In this document: piece by piece, positions 33,503 to 46,679 of the stretch
Layout: every line of letters begins with the position of its first letter
How positions within the stretch are numbered: the first letter of the stretch is position 1
Assembly (NCBI GenBank): GCA_030704615.1
Contig: CM060732.1
Location: 73,594,001 to 73,658,000 of the forward strand
DNA: 64,000 nucleotides
Reading direction: 5' to 3'
From: Takakia lepidozioides
Lineage: Eukaryota > Plantae > Bryophyta
Notes under the pieces: generated by a model
The model's database searches: none
What the model was told of the DNA's origin: nothing
Seen by the model: only the letters and a program-made list of their open reading frames with translations
Program-made: the position numbers and the translations under genes

Positions 33503-35419
33503 ATGGCAACGTCGTCGATTCTTTCTCTCTCACTCTGTCGCTCCTTCTGTTTCTCCACCTCATTGGGTACTTTGGACCACAGCTCCAAATCTGCTCATGG
33601 GTTGGTGCTACCGTCGGTTCGTTCCTCAATCTCCGTGAATGCGAATAGGGCAGCCATATGTTGCTCGGCGAGAAGCTTGCAACGCCTCTCTCTAGTCTCT
33701 GCCCCGCGAACACCTCATGTTCCAAAGCGTTTGCCAAGCTCCTGTCTTTTGGCCAAGAGGAAATCCAGCGGGGAGCAAGTCAGCAATGAAGAGGAGCTCG
33801 ATGAGGATCTTCGGACAGGCCTCAATGAGGTAATTTTCATCCTGAGAATAGCGAAACGTTGATTCTCAAACATGGAGCAGATAAAGTTTTGACTAGTTTT
33901 TGGTGAGTATGTATAAATTGTCCTCACTCGTTTGAAAATATTCGGGTCTATCATTGTGCGGTCCTTCTCCAGCATGGTTAGCATCTATATTTGCAACCAC
34001 AGTAATGCAATCTTTATCACCACAGTGAAGTTCATATATGTGGAGCACAGCTGGTTATTTGACACACATGGCAATTTCCTTAATACTGGCTAAAAATTGG
34101 CACAGTCCTTACTCCAATCTCCAGTGAGTCACAAAACTTGCCTTGAATGATGGCTCTAGTGTTAACATTAAGAGAGTTGAACAGGTTCTGAAGCTCAATC
34201 ACACAGGATGGCAATCATAGTAAGCAAGGTTCAATAGCTGGTTCAATATTTTTTTTGCGAGCCAGGTTGTCTTACAGTAGACATTGATGATGCTAGCAGA
34301 CTGCAAATGAAGCTGTGAAAGTGATGCTAGCAGAGGATGACAAACTGCTTGAACAGTTCAAAGAGAAGGTGGACTATTTGGGGGAGTATTTGGTGCAAAA
34401 TGATGAACAGGAGGCTGCCCGCTTCATGTTGATCCTTAGGGGTATGCTTGATCACGAGGTAGGTGGTTCTATCTGTTTTTCCTTCTTTCCGGGTGATCAA
34501 TAAGAACTCAATATCACTTCTCCCCATATAGTGTGGTACACTCCATTGACAATGTTCCATATCATTCTTGGGAAATGGCTGTCACATCAGCTACACTCAC
34601 ATTCCTTTGATGAGTGGTATTGTTTGACATGAGAGATGTGATGCAAGTGCAGGTATATCCCCAAAAGGACAACTTAACAGGCACCTACAAGAAGGCATTT
34701 GAGAGGATATGGAATGTTGTTGAGGATTCAGGATGGCTTCTCACCCAACCTGGTGCTCAAGCAGGCGAAATTGAGATGGTGTGTCTCTAATATGCCCATC
34801 ATCCCTGCATAATGTTGATTGACAAAAAAGATAAGGAAGACATGCTTCTTACATAATCTAATGCTTCCTCGACTCCAGTCAGCTACTAAAGGGTAGATGG
34901 ATCCCAACTGCTGACGTATGTCACGAGGTCAACACTTTCAGCAGTCACTTGTAGTATGACCTGGGGCATTCTTGTCATTCCATTTGTCTGCCAGAGCACC
35001 CAATGCCCCTAGTTAGTCAACTTGGCAGGGCAATGTCCCCATGACTGACTAGGTGACTGCAATTTCTGATTGGCCTGGAATGGATCAATATCAGTGGCAT
35101 GTGGCCCATTGCCCTGACCACTGCAATCTTGTGAACAGGGAATTTCTCTGGGGCAGTCAACCTCCTCAATGCTTGTAGAAGCTTTGGGATCAAAATATAC
35201 ACAGCCTAAAATCATGTACTGTTGCCTGTTTGAAGTTCTCGTCGGAGGTTTTCCATTCTCCATGTGTGATGGACTCTTGCCTCTAGTATATTCAGCCCTT
35301 GGGGATTCAATTTATCTTCATGGCACCTTTGGCTTGGGCATCACTAATATGTAAACTGTGGGTGCATGTGACAGGTTGATGATGAGCTCATACCTCCAGT
35401 GCTGCAAACACGATATTAA
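33503..35419 (+). CDS. Uncharacterised protein with probable plastid transit peptide (4 exons)
   Basis: Exons 33503-33829, 34300-34458, 34653-34778 and 35375-35419 splice in frame via GT-AG. Ser/Arg-rich N-terminus MATSSILSLS. Confidence 0.65.
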
Positions 35420-36114
35420 CTCCCTTAGTTGCCTCCTTTCAACGAAGTTGCGGTGGCTTAGTTCATGGAGGGAGACTCCATTCGGATGCTTCACTTGAGC
35501 CAGAGCTTTGTTTCCGCCAGAAATTTGAAGGTTTCTTTGCAGATAATGCTGCAATCTTAACTTCAGACCAGTTCAACTTCATGGATTTAGAGCAAGAAGT
35601 TTGTTCATAAAGTGAAGGGTTCCATAACAATGGATTGCATGACCATTGAAAAGCAGCTAGTTTCCTCTGCATGAGGGAGCTTTCCACATTGATAGTTGGC
35701 CCCCTTCTGCTCTTCTCTACCTTTTTCCCACTCTTTCACAAGCCTAAGCAACACCTCTCTCTTCTGCATGTTTTTCTTTCTCAGAGCCAGCTGAAAATTA
35801 GGCAAACTGAACTCATCTTTCACGGCATTCATCATTCCTGAAGGCATGATTGTGCTCTAGTACAGTTGAAAATAATAAACTGCTGCAAACAACATACCTG
35901 CCTATGGCAGGCCTTACTAGCCCCAAAGTTGGTATACTGTGACAAATTCCTCTCCCCTATTTTTTGAGTCTCTTTGATCCAAACACATGAGAATGGAACC
36001 TAAACAACTCAGTGCAAACTTCACAAGCCTTGCCAAGCATCAATAAACTAAAACTATGGCTTGCTTATAATACAGATATGTAACTGTACATGTTCCAACA
36101 CTTTCTGGGGAGCA

Positions 36115-37435
36115 TTACGGTGTCTCAAACACTGGAGTTCTGAGATCCAAGTCACTAGTGGAATTAGGGTAATGCTCGGATACATAACTTTCAGGAGGTT
36201 CGAGAAGCACAGGAGCGCCATCAGGATGGACTAGCACATCATGAAAGGAAGAGGTGTTGTGAAGGAGGGTGGCTTGGAAAAAGGCCACAAGAATGCCCCC
36301 AGTGAACCGTCGCATTGGAGCTCTTGATGGCCCATTCTTGCATACACATGTAGTCAGTTTCCCTTGTGGCCCTTTCGTATCATCGTCTAAAAAATCCATA
36401 TGTCCATACTCAGTTGCAACAAAGTGATAAGCTGGGGCAGAGCTGTCCAAGTAGAAAGCCTTGTGGCTCACTCCTTCTGGTGCACAGGGAGGAAATAAAA
36501 AAGTCCTCTTGATGGGTCCCAGCCCTGTTCCTAGAATGAGAGTGGGAATGCCCAGGTTGAAGGAATGCTTGGAAAACCTCAGGATAGGAGGTTTAGTCTG
36601 ACTCCCACTGGCAGTTCCGTCCACTGGATCCAGTGCTGCAATTGCTGAGTACTGCAGCGTACTGTTGCTCACTCCTAGAGCCAGCCCGAACACTACCTTA
36701 GCCCCTCGACTATGCCCTACTACTGCAACCTTTCCAAAATTTGGCCTGACCTTCGCCAACCTCGCTGGCAAGGATCCAACCAACCCTGTAGGCAACCAAT
36801 CCAATATAGCAGCTGCCTCAGCAATTTCACCAGTTGCGTCTGGACCGGCTATTGTGTACATCTGATGACAGAACCAAGCCCATCCTTCATTCAGACAGGG
36901 CAACCAACACTTGGCCATGATCAGTGCATCGCAGTGCAATTACACCTACTACCCATCCAAACACAGCCACTGCTTACCGTCCTATGTCAGCCTCCTCTGT
37001 AGATTAACTATTGAATCCAATAGGACTGAGAAGCCATCTCCAGAGTCCCATTTCCACAGAAATCTGTGTCATTACTCAAGTAGACAGATGCATAGTAGGC
37101 ATGACAGTATGTACAGGTGAGTTACAGCAGAAAAAACGAAAGTGCATCTTTCGAAGTATTGGGCTCACCTGTGGTGCAACCACAAGGAAACCATGGGAAG
37201 CCACATGTTGCATGAGCTGGCTGTAGAACATGTTTTGGAGAGTGTAGCCATGCTGAAATTGTACGATTGGGTACTCTCCCTCCTGATTTGGCAAAGCTAC
37301 CAACAACGGCTTTGGCGGCCGATTCGTAGCCTTGATCCGTGGACCACAAGATGTTTGTGGTCCAGCAATATTCACTATATCCACCTTGAAGGGGCCGTCC
37401 TCGTATATGCCTCCATGAGCAGACTCATCCGCCAT
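36115..37435 (-). CDS. CLH: Chlorophyllase (alpha/beta hydrolase), 2 coding exons
   Basis: PPKPLLV..P...GEYP, FYSQLMQHVASHGFLVVAPQ|MY, GHSRG nucleophile, LDPVDG, PPCAPEG, YGHMDFLDD. Intron 36862-37168. Confidence 0.93.
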
Positions 37436-39509
37436 TACAATCTCCTTAGGCCACAGCTCAACCAGCAACGCTACAGCACTATAACACCTGCAATGCTCTG
37501 CTTATCTCTCGTCTCTCTGGATTTCTAAGGACATACGGAGATAGACATCCCCAAAGCTTTCTTCATAAGATTGGAACAATCACGACACATAAAAGCAAGG
37601 CTACAAATCACAGTGGCAAGCACAAAAAACAGCAAAACCTTCAAATTGACTTAGGTGGCGAAGAGCTCACGAAGCCATCAGAAAACACCATCTACAAGAG
37701 AAACACCCACAAACTCCTCACATGTTGGTTTGAGATGCAAATGCTTTCCAGGAACGGAGAGTGCATCTCGGAAGCTACTGGGAGCTGCAATCTTATGTGT
37801 CGCCATTGCAGCTATCCACGAGGCCAGGCCCACCATATACGTACAATCTGATTTGGTGGTCCAGATTGTGTGACCGCCCACCAAGGAGCAAAATAAGCAA
37901 ACGAAATAAGCACCAAGGTTGTTCAAGAGTTCTTTGAGATTTCTTCAGCTGGGTAAACGCAATCATCCCAAAGGCAAGCCCAGCTGCGTATACGACACCA
38001 TTGCATGTGTCAGATGATCTGCACGAAAGTCGGCCGTCACTTATTAGACCGCTATTATGTAAATTGACCGCCGTTAAACTCTTGTTTCTCTCCCTCCCTC
38101 GCCCTTTCTCACTTTCACGCATCCTGCTGACTTTGTTCTTCGATGGATACACTTTAGGCGTTTTGCTTTCACTTAATAGGTCAGATTGTGGAGCTGTGGG
38201 GATGACTGTGATTCTCAATCTGGACATAGTGAGGAACAGGAATGGCGTCGGCTAGCTGCCCTGTGGCTTCTCCAGGTGCACCGAGGAGGAATCTGGAGCT
38301 GAAATGAGCGGCTAGCTAAGGGCATTTCTGGGCCCGACAACTGTGAGCTGGCTATGCGAGGTATATCGATATATGTATACCTTCATTCATGTTTTGTAAT
38401 TCTCGCAGACTACTAAGAAGGAGCAAAAGTTTGAGCACTTTGTAAGCTCTGTGAACTGGTTACACTGTTTGTTTTTAGGATCATGCTCAGCTCCATCTTG
38501 TCCTTATCAACCCCAGCTGAAACTATAGTCATCTGGTTGTAGAAGTTCTCTCATGGCCATCTTTGTCCTTTCATGTCTGTCATTCTATCGGCTGCGGATG
38601 GTATGTACAATGCATGATCTACATATGGACGGTTAGACAGGTTGGGGTCGGGACATTATTATTCTGTGGCTTTTCATGATTCAGTAATTAGAGGGTGATA
38701 GCCGAGACATCTGGCCAATCGAAGGTAAGGAAAAAGCTCACACGTCGTCTGCTCCTTGCGATTTCGGACCGATCAGAACCTTATCTGTTTTGATTTCTCG
38801 TCTTTATGTACTGATCATATGTAGTTGGTGCTTTTGTGCAGGTTTTGGTTACAGGACGGATAGGCTGAAGATAGTTTCTTGCAAATAACCCTCGTCAGTA
38901 TGCATGGAGAAATGTTTGAGTTGTAAGGGATGTTTGTGTGTGCTTGAATAGGCAAATGCATGGGGAGTGCACTGCGACAAGCCAAGCTGATGTACTAAAA
39001 GCTGCTCAAAACCCTTATCTGTGTTGGTAGAAAGTGCGTGAAAAAACGGAAAAAGCAAACATCTGATACAGAAACTGGGGGAAGATCCAGCACAGCAAAA
39101 CATCTGAGCAAACTGTTGCGAGTCAGACGGACCAACTGTGACTATGCCAAAGTGCTCACATGAGAGGGACAATTCAAAAGTCTCTTGTAAAGCCCTCCAT
39201 CAAAATCTGATTTGCAAAGACTCCCAACATTTTGCCACCATCCTTGCCACTTCTCATAATCCTAAACCCATCTTTTACTGTGGCCAGAGCCCATATGGAC
39301 CTCAACATACCACAAGACTACCATCAGTCATTTGCAGATCCCTTCAACTCTCACGGAGTTTGCAAAGCAAGAGACTATCCGGAACACCAGATACACACTA
39401 GTGCCTACTCCATGTTTTTCCCTTGTTTTTTGAAAGCTGAAAGTTGGGGGTGATTTTTCAATTTTTGGAAAATGGCCGAGCCTCATTCATTACTTGAAAG
39501 GGTAAACAC

Positions 39510-39511
<2 letters not shown>

Positions 39512-39546
<35 letters not shown>
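39512..39546. repeat. (GA)n microsatellite in the SKA1 5' region
   Basis: Uninterrupted GA run. Confidence 0.95.
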
Positions 39547-39550
<4 letters not shown>

Positions 39551-39600
39551 GGAAAGTGAGAGGCAGCCCAGCTCGGTGTGCACCTGACCAAGTATCGTGG

Positions 39601-42600
39601 ATGGAGGCACCCAGCGCTGGGGATGTGACGTTGGAGGCGTTGATGGCTGTCTTCAACCGTCGAATTGCTGAGCTGCAAGAGTTGATGATCATTCGTGGTG
39701 GTATTGTCGAATGTTCATTTTATACCAGTTCATTTCAGTTGATCAGCTTTTGAGCTTAACTACATTTGAGTTGTTTGAGATACATGTGAGAACCTTGGGT
39801 TCTGGTGTCTCACGGTTTTGCAGTGCTAGTTGTGGATACTTAGTGTATGGAACTGACTGTGTGAATTATGTCAAGTTCCACTTTCAAATTGTACAGAGTT
39901 ACTCTTCACGCCATCTGCTTCAAAGAAACCCTTTAATCTTCCAAACCAAATGTACCCTGTGAGAGACAGGTGAACTGTTTGAGGGTTTTCACCTGTCGCT
40001 CACACGGTACAGCTGGTTCGGCTTTCTTTCTCAACCAGCATAGCTTGATGTGCGGTGTGATAGACAGGTGACTTTTTTTTATCGTTTTCACCTTTCTCTC
40101 ACATGGGTACATTTGGTTCGCTCTTCTTTCCCAATCAAGATAGCTTATGTACCGTGTGGAGGACACCGGTGTTTTTGTAGGGTGTTCACCTTCCTCATAG
40201 GGTACATTTGGTCGCTGTTCTTCTTTTCCGAATCAAGAAAGCTTAAAGGGGTTTACATTGGACACACTTGTGTACTTCTGGATGGGCACTATCGTGACAT
40301 AGTCTATTCAGCACTGGTGGGTAAACTCTGCAGTGAAGCACTAGCTACAGGAGAGTAGCTATCGGAGACTTATTTTGGCAGGTGTTGTGGTTTGTATGCT
40401 GCGGCCATATCGTACACTCACCCCCACGCCCAGTTTACACTCACACACTGAAACCTCCTCTATTCGAGTGTGGGCAACAGTAGGGAGCAAGTTGGAGACG
40501 AAATGATATACTCTGCTGATATATGGCATGAAATGATGTATCACAGCTCCTGCGGGGATGCATGCGGCCGACCTTGGAGAAGTGGATACAGCAGTGGTGG
40601 CATTGGAATACTACATGGGTGCCATCAAAGCTCATCTCAGGCATGAGGCTGAAGCCTTGCCTAAAGCTAAGGTTTTGTCTGAGGAAGAACATGCCTTCGT
40701 TTTACTATCAAGTTCGTTCTATGGAATCTAGGGTGAAAACTGATCATATGGATGTGATAGCAAGTAATAGGCAAGACTTTTCATAGCTGTTGTACACTTC
40801 CCCTCTCTCTCTTCCTGGTGTCTGAACAGCACTTTCTTTTTCTTGATCCATGCATATGCTGAGGTCACGTTGCTGTTGCCAAGGAGCTTGTGCCAGTGGG
40901 TATATCCTATTTGCTTTTCATTGTTGTGCCTGAGACTGTCTAAAGATGCAGTGATAGCTACTTATCAGTCGACTGGAGTTGGTGGTCAGTTCCTGTTACA
41001 CTCATTGATAATGTGACAACCACTACAGGCAATAATTGAAATGTCATCACAACAGCAACGGAGTTTGCAGCATATTTTGGCAAATCTGCCAGCTCGTTTG
41101 CCCGGTAGTGATTCTCATGTGGATCACAGTCTGCACAGGTGTGTGGTGTTTGACACAACTTTGGCTCCTTGGTTCTTCTGCATTCACATGAAAGTCTGCG
41201 GGTCTGGCTAGTAAGTGCTTTTTGTTTGGTGCTGTGGCAACTGCTGTCTTGTCATACTCTAGCGTAGGAGTAACCAGTTATCCTTACTAAATGGACAATA
41301 TGGCTCATGGCCTTTGGTTCAAGGCTTGAGGCAGGAGAACTTGCTTCTACAGTCTTATTCTATGGTAATGATTAGGATATCTAAGTGTGAAGGTGATTTC
41401 ACTTTACAATGAAGTTGGTACATTGTACCACCTGGGAAATTAGTTGCTCAAGGTTTGTGATTGTGATAGGCACAGAAGTCTTTGGCGAAGTGTGTTCCTC
41501 TATGTGCAAGAGGTGGGTTCTTCCCCTCTGTATGATGGCTGGACTTTCTAAAATGTGTGATTTGACAAACTCCGTGTATTTTTGGGCACTTCAAGTTCTA
41601 TTTCTGCTGCAACAAAACATGGCACCCCATCTTCAACGCAAGTTGAGACTTCGCATCCCAAGGTGGGTTGTACTTATGTTTTTTGTACTTTCATCTTGTC
41701 CGTGTCGCAAATGCAATTGGCTCAGAGGACACAGTCCTATTGCTTACTAGTTTTTCTTCACTACAATCTGGATTATTGTCTAGACAGTTCAGGTGATTCG
41801 CGGCAAGCTCATGCCCATTGACCAATGACCTAGGGGTTCAATGAGTCCAGGAAAGTGAGACAGCTGAACCACATCCAAATCTGCTGAGATTGGTAACCCT
41901 CCTTTGTTCCACTGTTCTTAAAAGCGTCTCTCTATTTAGGTTACGAGGAGGACTGATATTACAGGTATGTTTTGGTGATGCAGGAAAAGAAAGCCAGAGG
42001 ACCGCCACCGCGGTGGTATGTTAGTGTTGACGAGCTTTCATCAATTTCCAGGTATGGATATAAGTCTCTGCAAACACTTCTCAGACACCTGTTCTTCATT
42101 TGTCTACTGTAAGAACTGTCCATTCGTGATACCCCTCTGACACCCGTTCTTTTACATGTATCCAAGAAATGTCGGTGGGCACCTGAGGCTATGTGATAAG
42201 GTCTTCTGCATTTTGGTTGTTGGCAGAGTCCTCCTGAGTCATCAGTAGATGAGGAGCTAACTTCAAATATCTCTCTCCAGCTACATGAGGGGGAGACTTA
42301 CTCTGGATAAGCTAAACACAGCGGTAGATGAAATGGCCACATTTGCTGAAGGAAATGCTCGCCTCCTCTCTGCCTCCAGGAATAAGGTACGTCTCTGGTC
42401 CCTGATAATTTTCCATTCTGGGCTCTTAATTGCAGAGCAGGTTGGGGTTACTTGGTTGACAACCATGGTTGCCCAATATAACAATTTTTCTCTAGATATG
42501 CTCGCTTTACTTTTGAAGCAAATGTGTTGCCTTGTTTTCTAGGCTTTTGATTGTTCACAATTTGGGAAGGAGAAATGTTCTAACATGTACACTGCTTGGC

Positions 42601-43140
42601 ATGTACATTGATGGCTCTAGCTTGGAGATGATGCACTGGAAAAACTGCTGGTGAGCATTTCCATTCTATCAGCAGGTGTTAGCTGCTTGGTTCTCACAAG
42701 TAGACATTACCATGATGCTTTCTTCAACTGTCTTTCTTGGCATATGGAATTATGTAGATCATTGCTACCAGTTCGTTTTGGTTTGTATTTACCATCTAAT
42801 GAGGAAATTCACATCTGCAGGAGTTGCGAGACATTGCTGCCCTTGAAGGAATAAAAGGAAAATATTTCTTCTTGGAGACTGATATGCGTGGACAACTTTT
42901 GAAATTGGACCATACAGGGAAATCCATATTAATGGTGAGGATCCTTTGTAGAGGCCAAGATGTTGTGGGCCCTATCTTTAATAGTATCTTTCCAGCAGGT
43001 TGGATTTGGTAGAAAAAATTTCTGTTCTTAGGGATTTTGTTAATCTGGAAGGCGCTGTTATACAGGTGCTTCGCCATCTCGGTCGTATTCACGAAGTACG
43101 CACAGGGCGACAACGAGTATTTTCTCTACAAAAAGCGTGA
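39601..43140 (+). CDS. SKA1: Spindle and kinetochore-associated protein 1 (about 9 exons)
   Basis: LEALMAVFNRRIAELQEL; PPPRWYVSVDELSSIS|YMRGRLTLDKLNTAVDEM; ELRDIA..EGIKGKYFFLETD...KLDHTGKSILM|VLRHLGRIHEVR. GT-AG junctions in frame. Confidence 0.9.
39951..40207. repeat. Three tandem ~60-bp hairpin units in SKA1 intron 1
   Basis: tgtaccctgtgagagacaggtgaa...ttcacctgtcgctcacacggtaca plus two diverged copies at ~100-bp period. Confidence 0.65.
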
Positions 43141-44525
43141 AACTGGCTGGATTGGGCTACCTCTTTCTTGAGTTGCCACATGAACAGTCCAAACTACATT
43201 GCAGGATCGAATGAATCAGAGGTAGTGAGGGTATGGGGGCAAGGCTGACTGGGAGAATGGAACAACCTTTGGGTGTTGAATCTATGGCCAGTGGAAATTG
43301 AACTCTCACGCATGTGGGAAACATACCTGTGCATGGATGTTACAATAAGTCCTTCCAGAGCTCTAATGTGCTAGTTCAGCAAGCCCTTGCATAGGTCCTG
43401 ATTGTTGCACCTCCTGAAGGATTTGACAGAAGTCACCTCAAGCAGGATATCACCAGGCCAGGCTGTTTATGATACCTACTGTCACTCCAGAGTTTGTCCT
43501 CTGCCACACCATCTGCATGATGATGTGCTGACATGAATCCTTTGCAGACAGGTCACTTGTTTCTAAAATGACTCAACAATTAGTGCATTCCTTGATGTAC
43601 AATATAAATGGCAGAGCTTGACTCTTTGAATAGGCTGAGACGGGGAGAACTAACATTCGTGCTTTCTGACAAGGTTGAGTCTGCGTCTGTGACATGTACA
43701 TATTATTACAAAACAAACATTGCTGTTGCTGCAATCAAAGACAGGAAACGTCCTAGTAAGCATTAACAATACTAGTAAAGCAGCACCTTCCTGGGCCACA
43801 CGGACCTTCACCAGGGGCAGGGATGGAAGGAGATGAAACTGCATTCATTCGACGAGGCGGGTATGCAGGAAGAGATTCGACCTAATCCGGTCGTCTTCCT
43901 CATCCCCCACGTCACCGAGGGCAGCGCTGCACTGCACTCGCTGCCGCTGCTTGGGGCGTGTTTCTTTACAATTGATCGATGAGCTCGCATGTGGGATCCA
44001 TTCACCCGCATGTGACTCGGCCGCCCCGTGTTGGGTTTCGCTTGTTGAAGCGTTTGCGGTTCGCTTGTGGGGAGGGTTTGCAGTTTGCAGCACGGGGAGG
44101 AGCATCATCATCTTTCCTGCCGTTCTGGTGGATTGTCAAATGGTTAGTGTTCTGTGCTTTATTACTTGGGTTTTGGTGGGGACATGAATGTTATCAGTGC
44201 GCTGTCGTTGCGGTGCGGTGTGGGGCGGGGTGTTTGATGGCCGCCATAGTTGGATATACTGCAGGGAGGCGTTTTGATGTTGTGTGGTTCATGCTCTGAA
44301 TGGATGCAGTTGTGCTCGGAAGATTTTTGTGATGATCATGTCGTAGGGCAACTTGCAGGATATGTCTGGAGGTGGGCGTTATGGTGAAGAGACAATTTTG
44401 AACTGAGGAGTTGTGATACCATGGGGTGCATACATGCCGCACGGCTGAGGTTTATGTAGGATAGGTTTCCTCAGTGTAGTGCAATTGGCAGCAGATTTGT
44501 AGAAACGTGTAAACCTAAGCGAACG

Positions 44526-45296
44526 ATGCCAGAAGTGTCTTGCCCCGGGGAGGTCCTGAAGGCGGTGTTCCCACTGTTGAGTGGTGCGGACCTGGCAGTG
44601 TGCATGTGTGTGTCAAAGCAGTGGAGGCAGTTGGCTAAGGATGACTATCTGTGGAAGCGATTGTGCGCTCGAAGGTGGCCTTCGACCTGCCAAGGGCGGG
44701 GATCCTTGGCCATTGGTGAATCAAGGGGCTATCATAAGCTCTATACAAGTTTTTCTCGAAAGCAGCGCAGTCGGCCTATGCCAGCTCCGAAGCTTACATT
44801 TGACGACTTGGAGTTTTATGTTGATATCTGGGTGGGGTCTTGCTCTGTATATTCCGCTGTGATTCAGGGGCCAATGGTGCGCTCTCGGATATTTAACCCG
44901 CCAGCCGGAATCTGTGAAAGTATGCAGACTCATCTTAAAAGTCAGGCTTACAAGATGACCGTACCAGTGTCGTCCCGATTTGAGGTGTGCTTTAGTGAAG
45001 ACATTCACGTGTCGCTGCTTGTGAGACGACGCGACGACGAGCGCCTTGCGTGCATCATAGACAAATCAGGGTTTGATTATGTGGACGGCCCTGGGTACAG
45101 GGCTCATGCGTATGACTACCTGCAAATTTCTCCCTTGTATCCATTTGTGTCTGAAATTAGAGCATGGGTTGCACTCCTTTTGGTAGATGGTAAAGGGGGT
45201 CTCATGGAGGTGTTCGGAATTGAGCTGGACTTTACTGATGCAGCCAATAATGATAAGGAAGTGCTCTGCTTGTTGGAGATTCTAGATTGGAAGTAA
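44526..45296 (+). CDS. F-box protein (single coding exon)
   Basis: N-terminal F-box PGEVLKAVFPLLSGADLAVCMCVSKQWRQLAKDDYLWKRLCARRWP. Confidence 0.9.
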   Translation: MPEVSCPGEVLKAVFPLLSGADLAVCMCVSKQWRQLAKDDYLWKRLCARRWPSTCQGRGSLAIGESRGYHKLYTSFSRKQRSRPMPAPKLTFDDLEFYVDIWVGSCSVYSAVIQGPMVRSRIFNPPAGICESMQTHLKSQAYKMTVPVSSRFEVCFSEDIHVSLLVRRRDDERLACIIDKSGFDYVDGPGYRAHAYDYLQISPLYPFVSEIRAWVALLLVDGKGGLMEVFGIELDFTDAANNDKEVLCLLEILDWK

Positions 45297-46679
45297 GTGC
45301 TCAAAGCACAACTTCACTTTTGTATAGTAGGGGCAGTATCTGTAGATAGCTTGAAGCAGTCGACCTTGCAAGTTGTAGACTTGTATATTACCAATGTGTT
45401 GTGTGGGTTGTAACAACTCTTTAGTTTTAGTTGCCCTTTTTAGTCATTGTTATTAACTGTCCATGTTGGGGTTTAGGTATGAGTACACAGGCAACTATAC
45501 TTCCTTCCTGTGTGGGACTGGCACAGTCACTCTTACTTGCTAGCCTAACCAAATCCCAAAGCTGACTTGTAGGTAGCCATATTTTGTAATTATTGCTGTT
45601 GGCTGTAGTTCTGTCTGTTGCAGAGTCAGTTAAGGAGGTCAAGTTAAGGTATGAGCCAGGACTTTTTGGGGTAGGCTTTTATGACCTTTGACAGAACTGT
45701 TTCTTCTGAGTCAGGCTCCCCAACTTGTTCCTGGTTGGCAATAGTGTCATGGTGTGATTCTGAAGTAGTGGCCCAGAGGAGTAACCAAACTCTACCTTAT
45801 AGAATCTGATAATTGCTTGCAATTGTCAAGTTTGGCCGAAGTGTTGCTACCAGTATGCTTCTGAGGAGTGAGGTTGAGTTGACTGTCAATAACCTGGCCT
45901 TTTCTCCACTCTCCCTTTTATGGGTCATATTTGTTAACTGTGAACAATTTTTTCATTTCATTTCCATGCAGAACTTAAATGTGGTTGGATTACTCTAGAT
46001 AGTGGGTTGTTTCTTGGTTGTCAGTTGACGAGTTAGTGAAACTGTTCATCACAATATTCCTTTTTGGACTCCCTTGCCAGACAATAGATCATATCATATG
46101 TTCATGACGGTTTCTAGTTGTTCACTGCGAGGTACAAGGCCCTGGAATGGCTAAAGCTTAAATAATATCAACCTCTGCTGTCAATTCCATGGTTGAATGT
46201 GAACCTTGAAATCCCATCACAGAAAACTTAAGAACCTTGTAAGCTTTCCACTCACCAACCAACACCTTGCATTACATGGCCACTGAATAGGAAACAGGCA
46301 ACTACTACATAGGACATTCATGGCTTTCGAGAAGCTGCAGCCTTGACTTCCCCCTCCGACAAGCTTGAACCTAGACAAGCATGCTGGTTAGGGGCCAATT
46401 CCTTCTCATTGACTGACAGCACCTGAAAGAGAGTATGAGGCATCGCAGGGATCTCCCCAAATTCAGAGACTCCACCTTGCTCTCTGCTAGCTGAGGAAGT
46501 CCCATAGGTGTAGGAAGCCTTCCCATTGCAAACCTGGCCAACCTCCTCCTTGGATGGCAATACCCCAACTTCAATCTCACCTGTAACACCATCATGGAGC
46601 AAGGTGTATTCTATAATTGGACAAGCAACTGTGTTGGGGTGTAAAGTCAAAGATCGAGCTTAACAATGGAAGTTATTAG

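Noticed and set aside
34266-34299. Apparent frameshift/stop in exon 2 of the 33503-35419 gene
   Set aside because: The acceptor at 34299 (tagcag|ACT) gives an open in-frame exon, so pseudogenisation is not needed.
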